Shown: positions 38,356-52,732, counted from the stretch's first letter. The stretch is 64,000 bases of DNA from Takakia lepidozioides (GCA_030704615.1 CM060734.1:1302001-1366000); one strand, 5' to 3'. Translations and numbers: made by a program. The notes: a model not told the origin generated them from the letters alone.

Positions 38356-41300
38356 TTATGCATAGGATACATCCACAGCCTGCAACATGTGGTTTGCAAC
38401 ATCTCGGACTCGGTGTCCCTTGCCCCAATACGATGCGAGAGACAACCCCATGATAGCCATCACCACTACAGAGCATGCAGGAGGTACAGCCTGACTCCCA
38501 CCCAAAAACTGGGTGGCCAGAAGCATGGCGAGAGTAGAGCTTTGCATGCCTGTGCACAGGCTAATAGTTTTGGAGACCTTCTCATCTTGCCTGCGAATTA
38601 CAAGGAGAACAGAAAATCAGATTGTGATTGGAAGTTAGCGACAGTGAATCTTGGTTCAAACACTGCATGGAAGGACTTCCCTCAATACTCTCAACAGATC
38701 CATGGGCCCCACACCCAGCTGAGCGTAGATACCAGAATGGAAAAGAAAAATCATCTGCACATGTAAAGAGACAGGGCTAGTAAAACTGACCTCCAGAAGG
38801 GGAGCCTAGAAATCCAGTATCCCAGGACAAAAGCCCCCAAATGAAATGCCAGGACAGGAAACAAAAGCTGCAACCCTTGCACTGATACGATACGATTTCT
38901 GTTTACGGCGAGAGGGCTTCCAATACACAGTGATGTGCACACCATAGCCATAAGGGGCATGAACTGCCGCACTTTGTCAACATATGATTTGGCGTACGAG
39001 TTCAAAGTCAATCCCAACAGCACAGGAAATATCACCACCTGCAGCAACAGAGGGAGATATAATAAGATGCAGTCTACTTGCAAGAGAGAGAGAGGACCTT
39101 TAACCACAGAAAATAAAGGAATCTTTTAGTCCAACGGTGGGTTGCTCACAGCACATCTTACACATGACAACACAGCATAGATGCGTCCATACAGATTCAG
39201 GCATGGGCAGCATTCCACAACTGAAAAGCAAACAGGCATCTGATCCCCCGAGTTGAGGGGTATTCAACAAGATTTGGGTGGGAATATGAAAGAGGGTGGC
39301 CTACTTTTGCCTGAGTCCACTGCAAGGGGGTGCGTACCTGTAGAATGGAGGAGGACATGGCAACCACATCTACTGGCACAACAGAGCCGATGAGGAGTTG
39401 TGTCAAGAGTGGTGTAACAATAACTGAAGATACTGTGGTTAGACTTGTCAAAATGATGCTCAAAGCCACATCTCCCTCACTCAAGAATGCTGCATAACTT
39501 GATAACTGAGCTCCAGCTACACATGATGTGAGGATCAATCCAGCAGCAAATGAGGCCGGAACATGGAAAGCAGATACCACTAGCAGCCCAATAAAGGGCT
39601 TTATCATGTATTGAGCAATATAACCAACCAACACTGGCAAAGGCCTGCCAAAACAGTCACAAGCATTAGACATTTTGCGTGTGTGATATATGCACTATTA
39701 AGTACTACTTGTTCTCAAGAGAGCATATCGTGAACTGCTTTACCATGCTTCATTTGGACTGAAGAAGAAGAAGACATTTGTGAGTTACACCCTGCAATCC
39801 AATCCAAAAACAAAGGACCTCAGGAACTCTTGACAAACATAGAACTTCATAGCTTCGGCGAAACTGATGGAAGAAACATACAGAATATGAGGCCCTGCTG
39901 AGAACTGAGGTTGACATCTACAGATATTAGCTAGACAATCCAGCACCCACCTTTTCAATACAAGAGCAAAGTCGGCAAGAGAGAGCTGCACACCAATGGA
40001 CAACATAATCCCACCAAGCGCTGGAGCATAATAGTCCTTACTAACCCTGCACAACCATCTGCAAGTAAGCTTTTCCACTTATCCTGCAACCATAGCTCTA
40101 AAACGCTTCAAAGGCGCGAAAACCCACAAAGTCACAACTTCACCTCCTAAACTTCACCTCCTAAAACTGTTGTCATTCAGCCCAATTGGCTGAAGATAAA
40201 AACCAGATATAAAGCTCAGGACTCATTCATTAGTCAATCACAGCTAAGCACAGGCGACTGTCTACCTTTGAAGTCATGATCTACAGTACTTTACAAACTT
40301 GATTCCTTGCAGGGTAAGAACACTGCTGTAACTTACCAAGCAAAGGATGCTGGCTGCACAAGAGCTGAAACCGCAGTTGCAGCAACCACATAAGGAAGCA
40401 TCTGTGACAAAGACCTGGTAAGGTCAACTTTCTTCCCTTGCTTGTCCTTCTTATACTTGATTCCAAAAGAAGCCAACGAGACGTTGCCTTCCCTTTTGTA
40501 GATACCAACTCTCCCCTTATGCCGGGCTTTGCAAACAACCATTAATGACTCATCTATAATCTGTTGCCCCTCATAAGATGTTGAAGTCAAGAGCTTCTGA
40601 ACCAAGAGAGGAGAGCTGGTGGATGACTGGGCTGAAGAAGCCAAGGACTTTGATCCATCATCCATGCTCTTGAGGCTGTTGCAATTGTTGTCTAAAGGAG
40701 AGTTTTTCTGTTGACTAGGTCGATTCCTCTGTGAAGCTCGTCCTTTGTCTCCAGAATGAAGAGACAAACAAGGTCTTCTATCTGCCACAGGCGACATAAT
40801 GCAATCCACTCAGAAAATACGACTGACATTCAGATAACTGTTTTCTCAACAAATCTGGATGCTTCCCCACATTTTGCTAGGCACTGCACGTCAGGCTGCA
40901 GTTTATACGACGTATGACTACATCCACTGCAGAGTTTGTCCACCCCTGAAGCTACATCTTTACAACCATGGATATCTTAACCTGTCGAAGGCAGGCACAA
41001 GACCTTTGCACATTGAATACTATCTATTGACACGAGTAAAGTACAATTTTCTGAAGCTAGATGTCTTCAGCAGCATGTTGAAATGCAAGAGCAGTCATGT
41101 AAAGCAGTCAGGTCATTCACTTGCAACACAGCCTGCACACTTGCAATAAAGGGCGAGCTCCCTCTACACCTGGCAACGACAGTCTTTGACACATCCGGGA
41201 TCAAATGGACGAAAGTGATGCAAGCTACTTGGCTGATAAAGTCAGGTACTCACATAGACGATAATCTTTTGGGGAACGCCGATAAGCTTCAGCACATCTC

Positions 41301-41482
41301 ACACATTCATAGGAACTGTCAGCCTTCAACCATCTGTTGGAGACGAATACGCGACTACTGGTTGAAGGTACGTTACTCCAGCTAGCCTCAAACCTAGCAG
41401 CGTGTAGAAGTTGCAACCTCTGGCAAGAGTCCCTGGCACCAACACTCATTGAAAAACCGGTTGCCATACTTGCAACCAGCAT
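38356..41482 (-). CDS. BASS3: Plastid bile acid:sodium symporter family protein, BASS3-like (6 exons)
   Basis: Exons 41482-41254, 40781-40337, 40046-39951, 39644-39338, 39038-38791 and 38590-38356 have GT-AG introns and compatible phases. Motifs YAPALGGIMLSIG, GAQLSSYA and ISLCTGMQSSTLA. The N-terminal exon and its acceptor are less certain. Confidence 0.92.
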
Positions 41483-42674
41483 TGCTCCTCCGTTCTCCCA
41501 ACACGAAGCGACTTCACGGTTTAAGTCTAAAAGGCTCTAATTCATCAACACTTGCACAAAAATCGTGCAAATTCCATTCTACTGCTCCCTGTCTCCGCGA
41601 CGTCTCCTCATCGCACTTTGACACAACATGCTTCCTTTGTCACCTAGTGATACATCACACCACGGCCCCTGCCAGAAGAGGAAATCCACCAGGATACTCA
41701 ATCAAAGTGACCGACAATCTGTAGTCAGTAATAATTGTGTTCTTCCCACAGTGACCGAACAGTAGTCGAATGTTGCCCTTGAAAATAGAGCTCTGTGACA
41801 AGACCGCTTTGATCTCGTATCCAGTCTCAAGCGGACATAGGAGGTGCGAATGGACCACGCACTTACCAACAATGCAAGATGCAGCTAAAGGAACATGCGA
41901 GATTCCAAGGAACTGTACTGCCGTTGAACTGGAATCCAAAGTCTTTGTGCAAGCTCAAACCCTTTATGCAATGAGAGCCACGGTAAAAAGGAGAGAAGAC
42001 ATGGACGAGTGAAAGCTGTTAAGCTTTCAAACATCAATCACAGACTTCGAGAAGATAGAACTGCTTGTACGGGAAATTCGACCAGAAAAGAAAGAAAATG
42101 AGCTAGAAACGGGAGCACAGATTCACAGGTGCGAACCAACCAACTACCACATACTCATGGACGTCAAAAGCATGTTTGCAAGCTTCCAGATGCCGCTTAT
42201 TAGACGAGATGTAGAGCGGACGCACAGCCCCACACGCAGCGAAGCCAGACAGCAAAAGCCAAGAGCGCACATCTCTGTTCGGTGGGCCTTATCTCTGGGG
42301 GTATTATTTATGTAATAATAAGGGAATCACAAATACGGCTCTGAAACAAGAATAAATATAGTTTAAGTTACTTTACCCCTCCTTTTCATCCACGTAAAGC
42401 CCTATGAGATTTTTTCCTATAGCTTTTATGGGGCGGGTTATAGAGCAGAATGGGGGGGTATTAGGGCGTCACATGTGAGCTCCGTCGTGGGCGTGTGAGC
42501 TCCCCCGTGAGCGTGAGCGGGAGCTTACGCGTAAGATCCCTGCAACGCAGGGAAAAACGTGTAAGGCTCATCCACCCCCTCATCCAGCCTTGGATCTACG
42601 GCCTACGCAGGGTTCCGTCGGGCTTTACGCAGGGTGAGGATAATGCCTCACCCTATACGTATTTGTTTTGAAAC

Positions 42675-43163
42675 TATGGAATACTATTTGGGTGGGGACG
42701 GAGACGGCTCACGGAGTCCGTCACCATTGATGGTGACGGACGCCGTTCACCGTCACCGTCCATGGTGACGGACGCCTTGAGCCGTCTCCGTCGGTTTGGC
42801 GAAACTATCCGGAAAAGATATATATTCCACTTTTCAGCTGCCCGGCGACACCAAATTTTCTCAAACTTTTTTTATTAAATCAAATACTGTGTACTATTTG
42901 AGAGGGGACGGAGACGGCTCACGGCGACGGGCAAGATCACCGTCACCGTGGGTTTGGCTAAACTGTCCAGTAATGCCAGGAAAAGAAATATTGTCACTTT
43001 TGTCGTCGCCAAGTGATACAATAACTTCGAAGCTCAAGTATAACCTGCCCGGACTGCCCCAAAAAGAACCGAAAATTACTTCTTGAGCTCTCTGAAGCTC
43101 AAGTGTCTGACGCTCAAGCTCAAGTGCGGTGTTTCATGGACAGAATGCCAAATGTGGGAGCTT
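42675..43163 (+). repeat. Left TIR
   Basis: Reverse complement of ~58654-59135. Internal repeat TACTATTTG.G.GGGGACGGAGACGGCTCACGG occurs twice, plus CCGTCACCAT/ATGGTGACGG hairpins. Confidence 0.93.
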
Positions 43164-43715
43164 GGTATGGTAGGGAGGCTCTGGAGATCTATGAGCAAAT
43201 GATACTGGAAGGGGTAACCAACATGGTCACATTCATCTGTGTCCTGAATGCTTGTGCCAACCTTGTCGACATGTATGCCAAATGCGGGAGCATGGAGGAT
43301 GCACGTCAAGTGTTTGACAGAATGATTCAATAAAATGTGGTGGCATGGAATACCATGATTGCAGGATATGCTCAGCGTGGTTGTGGCAGGGAGGCTCTTC
43401 AGATCTATGAGCAAATGATATGTGAAAGGGTGATGCCAGACAAGGTCACGTTCAATTGTGTTCTCAATGCGTGTGGAAGCCTGGTGCCCTGGAAACAGGT
43501 AAAGAGGTCCATTCTGCCATCATCGAAACTAGAATGTGGTAGCATGAAGAATGCGTCTCAAGTGTTTTGTAATATGGCTGAACGGGATGTGAACTCATGG
43601 AGTGCAATGATCGTAGGTTTGCCCAGCATGACTATGCTAGGGAGGCTGTGCGACTATTTGAGGAGATGCAACAGGAAGGCGAAGCCGAATAGTATCACCT
43701 TTGTATCTATTCTGG
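43140..43715 (+). pseudogene. PLS-class PPR fragments at the inner edge of the left TIR
   Basis: LVDMYAKCGSMEDARQVFDRM and VVAWNTMIAGYAQRGCGREALQIYEQM..PDKVTFNCVLNACGSL. Confidence 0.9.
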
Positions 43716-43719
43716 GTGA

Positions 43720-46078
43720 AGATAACTTCTCACTTGAGCAGAAAAAGCTGACTGTGCTGGCACGCTGGCACTCAGCCTGGTGGCCGACAGCAATGGGTAA
43801 CGTTGCCAGCGTGCAGGCTGACAATAAAGAAGCTACAGCCCCCACAAGTGCATGGTGGCAGCAGGTGCCGAAGGTGCTGGACTATTGCGATGCTCTGCTT
43901 CTTCGCCGTCCTTCTTTGCTCGGGTAACTTTTCCTTTCTCCAGCATAACTGCAGAAAGATTGCATGAATGTTGTGTTTCCAATTTTCCTGAAATGGTCAT
44001 TGGCTTTGCCATTTTACTGATTTAACAAGGTGCTGGGAATGCAGACCATGAATGGTGCTGCATCAATAGTGGGCAAGTATTGTGCAGGGCAAGGGAGGAG
44101 GCAATAATCGAGAGAGAAATGGTTGGGGCATAGGTAAACATGAGCATTGCCATCTTGCCCATGTCAGTCGAGTTTCACTGGAGTCCCACAACAGTGGGCT
44201 TGGTGCAGTCCTCCTTTATCTGGGGTTATCTACTCATCCATGTTGGCTTTGTACCTCTCTCAAACTTATGTAAGGGAAGGCTTATGTAAGGGAAGGGAGG
44301 TCAATGCTCTTCTTGCAGAGGGAGCAATATTGAACAGCACTTAGGATTATCCAGAACTAACTGATCTGAAGTTTAGGAGTTTTTAGCTCGCAATTGTGAA
44401 TATTTGGTGGTAGGGTTTTTGCATTAAGGACTTCCTGAGGAGTCCCTGTTGTTGTATTGATGTGCCAAGTATTTCTGGAGGGTAGCAGATAGTCAAGTTT
44501 CCTTGCTCTTTGTGTTACCACTTCAGATATAAGCTGACCAAAGGATGAAGATGTCCTCATCTTAGAGTGCAACGGTTTGTCCAAACATGAATTTCTTAAT
44601 TTAGACCCTACTGGTAAACCACCCAAACCTGAGCAAGGGCATCTTTAAGTTGTTAGTGAAGTTAAGGGAGAACACTAAGCCACAGACCAAAAGAAAGTTA
44701 TAAACAGAGGGTCATATGCTAGAATGTAAGCTGCTAAGAAGAAAGGGTCGCAAATTGCAGGGGGAATATGGGCGGATAGCATTGGCGGAAAGCAGGTGCT
44801 TGGAGTTGGCGTGATATGGTGGTCCATTGCCACCATGGCTACGCCAATTGCTGCCAAACTTGGGCTGCCTACTCTTCTCCTTCTGCGTGCCTGCATGGGT
44901 GTGGGCGAGGTGAGTTATTATATGATCATGAGTGTTTTTCTTCCCTAAGTACAGTCCCTAAGGTTGGGTTAATGTGGTTCCATTTTCCTACGTTAACCAT
45001 AAGATGTGCATGAACATTGTTGTTTTCTAAACTCAAGTGTGATTGTAGCCAATGGGAGCCAACTGCAGCTCTTCCTTATACGGCTGTGCAATATGGCCTT
45101 TCTCGAGATGTTCACCTTAGTTTGTACGAAGCCTTTGACCTTTTGTTCTTAATATATTCACGATGAGTTCACGCTATGATCTTCATTTCAATTTAAACTA
45201 GTGTGTTTCTCAGAGGATGGGCGTAACATGGGTGCCCGGGAGGGTTGGGGGGGAAATGCAAGGGTGTTGCAATGCCAGCAATGAATAACCTGCTAACACG
45301 CCGGGTGCCAGTTGGGGAGCGGAGCAGATCACTAGCCTTCGTCTATAGTGGGATGTACCTCGGGTCAGTGATAGGACCCGGGTCTCATTCACAAATTCAC
45401 TGGCCATCTGTCTTCTTCTCGTTTGGTTCAGTCGGTGCTCTTTGATTTGCTGCCTGGCAACGATATGTAAGCTTGCATGCCTTATCCATTCTTCCTTGGT
45501 TAGCCCGCTTCTCCTTTCCAGTTGCCCTCTCTAGGTGATTTTTCTTCCATCAAAGCTTTGAATTCTCAATACTGCTCTCACTCTTTCTTCAATTAGTTTT
45601 TGATGTGCTTAATTGGGCACATGAACTAGATATGCTGCACTGCGGACAGGATCTGGGAAAAAGATGGCTGTGGGGATTCTATGGTCTACAACTTGTATCT
45701 CAGTGTTGTGATGATGCATCTGCAAGTCAGTGATCTAACAGCAGAGTTGTTGTTCTCTCTTCTGTGAGTTTAGGATTGCAACAGACAGACCTCTACACAG
45801 GGGAGATGAGGTTTTGGTATGAACGAAAATGAGAGAAGTTTGGAGGCTGAAGGGATATTGATCTGGGGTTGACGGGTAGGCATATAGCTCGCCTGCAGAA
45901 GACCCTGAGATCACAGAAGAGAAAAAGAAACTGATCTTGGGAGATAGTGAGCCCAAGGCACATCCCTTAGGGATTGCTCTTGTCAAAAGCATCTGTCTGG
46001 GCTTTAATCGTCTGCCACTTCTGCCACAATTGGGGAACGTGATTCCGTCTTACTTGGATGCCCACATATTATAATCAG
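43720..46078 (+). pseudogene. PHT4: Captured partial PHT4/ANTR-family plastid anion transporter gene with introns
   Basis: Exons WWQQVPK..CWTIAMLCFFAVLLC, VNMSIAILPMSVEFHWSPTTVGLVQSSFIWGYLL (44132-44240), QIAGGIWAD..RACMGVGE (44750-44909), GVAMPAMNNLL..ERSRSLAFVYSGMYLGSV and WALIVCHFCHNWG..LTWMPTYYNQ. Stops and frameshifts present; no C-terminal half. Confidence 0.88.
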
Positions 46079-48279
46079 GTAATCCTTGCTGCACCTCTGG
46101 TCTCGATGTCTTGTGTCTCTATCTCCATATCTGTCCCTCCTTTCCCTCTCTCCTCATCACCCTCCCCCTCACCATCTTCCGCTCAAACTAGGCACAGGGT
46201 ATTATCAAACTGATATGTCCCTGTTTCCCTCTGTGACTGAAAGAAGGAACCCCAGAATTGAAGTGAAATGGCAGCAGATAGCAGGGAGAATGACATAAGG
46301 ATTACGGCAGAGTACATCATGGCCACCAACATATTTATCACTGTGAGGGGAGTAAGGTGGTAGTCTACAGATACAACAATCTCTACCATTAAAGACTGCA
46401 TCAATTTTTGAACCAATGGACATCTCTGGTAAGAAGAGTACGCAAAATAAAGATTGGCAGACTTTGTACAAGGACATGGTTACTCATGCTTTGTGAGAAA
46501 CTTCTGAGTCAACAACACCCAACAAGTCGACTTTCTGAGTATCCACCTAAAGGGAATGGCACTGATGCATTTGAGCCACATTGAGGGGGAGGGAGAGAAA
46601 ACGAGAGAGCAAGAGGCGGGTGCAAGAAATGCACTGCAGAACCAAACCTACAGGTTCTGCCGCGGTAAGTTCAGAGTTCACCTTATTTGTTTGTGACATA
46701 TTGTTTTTAGCCAATAACAGCCACCCTTAACTGGCTGGACGGATGAAAGCCGGTCGCTGTTTCTTCTTCTTTCCTGCCCTCTTGTTCGCAAAAGCCTGGC
46801 CTTCGTCGTCTTGCCCCTGGGATCTGGGCGTGGAAGAATTGGTGCGATTCACACCATGCAATACACCCCTCCCTGTCAGCACACGTATAATTAAACTCAT
46901 ATGTGCAATGACTTGCCATTGGATAGAACTGCCATGCATATCTCAAAGCCAGTGACATATCATTACAATTGACAAGATTATTGCTAGCACTTTTTTTTTA
47001 TGGTTTTCCAGGTTCACAATGGCTTGTCCCATATACCCAAAGGAATTGCCACACCTTTAACATGTTCTTTTAAGTAGTAAACAACCTTTTGCGCCATGGC
47101 ATGGGTTTTGATTCCCTTTGGCAAATGATGTCATTTGGATGTAATCAAGTAAGCTAATTTGATATGTGGATTATGATAGCGCCGTTGTACAAGCTGGTCT
47201 TGGCTAGGACAATTTGGTTGGAAAAACACTTTCACAATATCTTTTGACTAAGCGGAAGCCCAATGCTGAAGTCCCCGCTCTCACAACCACTTGTAGATGT
47301 TAATGCGGAGAGACGGATAAATATGCTTTAAATAAGATAGGGCCCATCCTTGAAAAGGGGCAGCAGCCGCAAGGGGTTAGTTACGTCGGCCTCGGCCGGA
47401 GTCTTCTCTCTCTCTCTCCTTTAAATAATGAAAAAATAAATGCTGAATGCCAGAACAAATCTGCGTTAAATACAATACAACAAAGCATTTTTCATGAATC
47501 CGTGACATTAAATCAAAACCCAAATGATCTAAAATTTAAACCAATTGCAAATAAAACAAATATGATATCCAAATCTGCCTGTTGTATCAAAACGAGCCCC
47601 ACCATCATTACATTGGGCGAATCAATATGAAATGAAATACATGTTCATCTCTTCATAAAACTTGAATATACCCCATCTATATGGACTTTGTTCTCATAAG
47701 CTGTCACTAGTACTGGTGCGGAGCAACGCAAAGCCCTAGTGATATGATACAAAGATAATGAAACACTACAACAGATGAGCGTTTTTATGACTACGGTTTC
47801 GGCGGAGTCATAAAAACGACACTAGATATACGACTACAGAGCACTGAAATGTATTGTAGTCATAGTTTTATCACTCTGTAGTAATGGATATCAGTACATG
47901 ACTCCGGAAAGATAGGGAGCATTGGTCAAACATTGTTGATCACGATGACAGGGATGGTTTACATGACTAGTGTGATATGTTTCGCTACACGTGGACGACG
48001 TCTCATGGAAACGTATGACTTCATGATTAAGGATGGATTCATAGCTCTGTTTATACGACTACAATGTCACTACATGTGTCATTTTGAAGGCACATACACA
48101 AATGTATTCATCCATTGGATGAGTTCATTCATCAATGATCAAAATGCAAAAGGTTAAAAAAATTCAAAAATGTTGTTTATAGGGTTGCCCATTAGGTAGC
48201 CGTGAACTGAGGGCTGGGACTTTTTGGGCTCCTTTTGGGCTTTTTGGTCTCCAGCCACACCATCTGTTTTCTTAGTATC

Positions 48280-51200
48280 CACGAGCCTAGAGATGTTGTG
48301 TGGAACGCGATGATTGCAGGCTATGCAGGGGCGTGGGATAGAGGCTTTGCAAACCTATTCTTTAGCAAATGATGCAGGAAGGGCGAGGATATGCACAGCG
48401 TCGACGTGGTATAGAGGCTTCGGAGACGTATGAGCAAATAATGCGAGAAGGGGCGAAGCCGGACCGGGTCACGTTCGTTTGTGTTTGCAATGCGTGTGCA
48501 AGTTTGGCAGCTCTAGAAAAAGGTAAAAGGTCCATGGTGACATTGTCAAATTTGGAATTGTATCCCATGTCATTCTGAACGATACCCTCGTGGACATGTA
48601 TGCCAAATGTGGCAGTATTGAGGATGCAAAGGGAGTGTTCGAGACTATGGCTGAACGAAATGTCGTGTCATGGAGTGTGATGGTCACGGGATATGCCCCA
48701 TCATGGATGCAGGATGGAGGCATTGGAGACCTATGAGCAAATGATGCTGGAAGGGGTAAAGCCAGACCCGGTCACGTTCGTTTGTATATGCAATGCGTGT
48801 GCGAGTCTGGCAGCCGTGGAAAATGGCAAAGAGGTTCATGGTGACATCATCAGAGCTGGAATGTACCCGAAGTCATTCTGAACAATACCCTCGGTGGACA
48901 TGTATGCGAAATGTGGGTGCATCATGGATGCGAAGAGAGTTTTCAACAGTATGGCTGAACGAGATGTGGTGTCGTGGAACACGATGCTTGCGGGGTATGC
49001 ACAGCAAGGCCGTGGGAAGGAGGCTTTGGAGACCTATGATCAAATGATGGTGAAGGGGTGAAGCCCGACCACATCACGTTTGATTGCATTTGCAAGCCTG
49101 GCAGCCCTGGAAAAGGACAAAGAGGTCCAATGTGACATTGTCAGAGCTGGAATTGTACCCGATGTCATTTTGAACAGTACTCTCGTGGACATGTATGCAA
49201 AAGGAGTGTTCAACAGTATGGCTGAACGAGATGTGGTGTCGTGGAGTGCGATGATTGCAGGATATGCACAACAAAGGCGCGGGATGGAGGCTTTGGAGAC
49301 CTATGAGCACCTTCTTCAACACATTTCAGCCTGTTTTCCCTGAACTATCAGAGTCGTCCCTAAATTTTCAGTTGAATTCTACAAGTTAGCTCGTTGGTGC
49401 AAAAAGGTGAATGTCTGTTGGAAGCGCAAGTCAGCATATGAACTAGTGTGATAAGTAGGGTTAGGGTGTTTGCTGGAACATATCTAGGCTGTCATTGTCA
49501 GCTGCTAGCAGCAAGGCAAAGATGTGTGCATGATTTGTGCAGAGGCAGAGATAGCTGAAGGAGCAGGGATAGAGAGTGGGTCCTGATTCATCCAAGAGGG
49601 CCAAATTTCAAGCACAAGATTACTTATGATTCCCTGTGGATCAATAGCTATAAAAAACTTGCATGGGTAGATCGTCAACTGGATGCCACAGCAACAGTGG
49701 CACAACTGATAAATTTAGGCACTGGTAATCAAGGCACCTTCTTCAACACATTTCACCCTGTTTTTCCCTCTTATCAGAATCGGCCCTAAATTTCCATGTT
49801 GAATTCTTCAAGTTAGCTGGTTAGTTGGGTGGAAGTATGTGGGAGATGTTAACCCTGATTATGGTTGACGGTTTTAGTGTATTATGATATGATGTTATCC
49901 ATCTCAGAAGTGTATGTTTCTCTTGCACACTTTGTCAGAATCATCTGGTCTGCGCTCTTGGCTCCTGTTAGTACCATGATTTGGTATTCTTCCTGATGTT
50001 TACAAGATTCTTGGGAGTGTCAGCTTGGTCTTAGCAAGCCGTGTTTCAATCTCTGCCCGCTCAGCTGCACCATGGTGGTTCTCACAGACCAATTCGACAT
50101 TACCTGACTACAGACACAAGCAGCACACACAAGAGGTCCTCTTGGGTTCATGGTCAGTCAAATCCTCCATGGGTCATGACACAAGGTCGAGGACAATGTG
50201 GTGAGGGCATCTTCTTCTTCAACCTATTTCAGCCTGTTTTGACCTCTCATCAGACTCGGCCCTGATATGCATATTGAATTCTGTAAGTTAGCTCGTTGGG
50301 TGGATCTGTGGTTGTTTGGGATGACTTTGTCAAGTTTCTGCCGATGTGGCAACATGAAAGTATCCAAAAACAGATAACAGAAATGAGGAGAAGCGTTGGA
50401 ATGAACACTTTTCCAACCCCAGTCAATGGTGGGAAAATGAGACAAAAAGGTGAATGCCCGTTGGACTACAGAGAGAAGCAGATGCAATTCAGAATTGGAA
50501 CTTATATTGTAATAAGTACTTAGGGCTGGGGTGTTACTGGAAGAACTTCACGCCGTCAGTGTCAGCTGCTAATAGCAAGGCTGAGGATGCATTCATGATT
50601 TGTACACAGGCAGGGATAGTTGAAGGACCAGGGATAGAGGTCCAGATTCATCCCAGAGGGCCGGATTTCAAACTCAAGATTACTTCTGATTCCCTGTGGA
50701 TCAATAGGTATAAGAAATCTGCGTGGGTAGATGGTCATGAACTGGAAACAGCAGCAGCAACAGCACAATTGATAGAACAAGGCACTGCTAATGAAGGTAC
50801 CTTCTTCAACACATTTCACCCTGTTTTTCCCTGTTATCAGAGTCGTCCCTAAATTTTCATGTAGAGTTCTGCAAGCTAGCTAATGTTGGCAGGATTTACC
50901 AAGCATGAGTGTGGTAGGAATGTTTTGGAGACCTACGAGCAAATGTTGCGCGAAGGGGTGAAGCCCAACCACATCACGTTTGTTTGTGTTTGCAATGCGT
51001 GTGCAAACCTGGGACCTCTGGAAAAGGGGAAAGAGGTCCATGGTGACATCGTCAAAGCTGGAATTGTATTAGATGTCATTTTGAACACTGCCCTGGTGGC
51101 CATGCAGTATGCCAAATGTGGGTGCATTAAGGATGCGAAGGGAGTTTTCAACACTATGGCTGAACGAGATGTGGTGTCATGGAACGCGATGCTTGCAGGG

Positions 51201-52730
51201 TATGCACAGCAGTGATATGATATGGAGGCTTTGGAGACCTATGCTAAAATGATGGGGGAAGGGGGCACCTTCTTCAATAGCACAACGGCTACAAGTGGGT
51301 AGATGGTCAACTGGAAATAGCAGCGGCAGCAGCACAATTGATAGAACAAGGCACTGCTAATGAAGGTACCTTCTTCAACACATTTCACCCTGTTTTTCCC
51401 TGTTATCAGAGTCGTCCCTAAATTTTCATGTAGAATTATGCAAGCTAGCTAATGTTGGCAGGATTTACCAAACATGGGTGTGGTAGGAATGCTTTGGAGA
51501 CCTATGAGCAAATGTTGCGCGAAGGGGTGAAGCCCAACCACATCACGTTTGTTTGTGTTTGCAATGTGTGTGCAAACCTGGGACCTCTGGAAAAGGGGAA
51601 AGAGGTCCATGGTGACATCGTCAAAGCTGGAATTGTATCAGACGTCATTCTGAACACTGCCCTGGTGGACCAGTATGCCAAATGTGGGTGCATTAAGGAT
51701 GCGAAGGGAGTTTCCAACACTATGGCTGAACGAGATGTGGTGTCATGGAACGCGATGCTTGCAGGGTATGCACAGCAGGGACATGGTAAGGAGGCTTTGG
51801 AGACTTATGAGAAAATGATGGGGGAAGGGGGCACCTTCTTCAATAACACAGCGGCTAAGTGGGTAGATGGTCAACTGGAAACAGCAGCGGCAACAACACA
51901 ATTGATAGAACAAGGCATTGCTAATGAAGGTACCTTCTTCAACATATTTCACCCTATTTTTCCCTGTTATCAGAGTCGTCCCTAAATTTTCATGTTGAAT
52001 TCTGCAAGTTAGCTTGTTGGTGGATCTATGGTGATTTTGGAATGATATTGACATGTTACTGCCAATGTGGTCGACAAGAAAATATCAAAAAACAGATAAT
52101 AGAGATGAGGAGAAGCTCTGGAATGAATACGTTTCCAACCCAGTCAATGGTGGAACAATCCAGGCAGAAAGGTGAATGCCTGTTGGAGGCAGAGGCAAGT
52201 CTGCATAGAAACTAGCGTGATAAGTAGGGTTGGGGTGTTTGCTCGAACAATTCTAGGCTGACATTGTTAGCTCCTAGCAGCAAAGCAATGCATGATTTGT
52301 GCAGAGGCATGGATAGCTGAAGGAGCGGGGATAGACTGTGGGTCCAGATTCATCCAAGAGGGCCGGATTTCAAGCTCCAGATTACCTATGATTCCCTGTG
52401 GAAGGATAGGTACAAGAAACCTGCATGGGTAGATGGTCAACTGGAAGCCGCAGCAGCAGCGACACAATTGATCAAATCAGGCACTGTTAATCAAGACACC
52501 TTCTTCAACACATATCACCCTGTTTTTCCCTCTTATAAGAATTGGCCCTAAATTTTCATGTTGAATTCTGCAAGTTAGCTGGTTGAGTGAACTTTTGATA
52601 GTTTGGAGTGACTTTGACATGATACTGCCAATTTGACAACAGGAAAGTATCCAGAAAATAGGTAACAGAGACGAGGAGAAGCTGTGCAATGAATACTTTT
52701 TTGACCCCAATCAATGGTGGGACAATCGAG
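48280..52730 (+). pseudogene. Shuffled PLS-PPR and PDF-motif fragments
   Basis: PPR tracts at 48280-49305, 50883-51260 and 51452-51830. PDF exon A/B pairs around a ~176-196-bp GT-AG intron (e.g. 52172-52347, 50450-50645). Confidence 0.9.
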
Positions 52731-52732
52731 GT

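Noticed and set aside
42796-43086. Conserved-looking 96-aa ORF duplicated at 58725-59048
   Set aside because: It lies wholly within the TIRs, so the identity reflects the inverted repeat rather than protein constraint.
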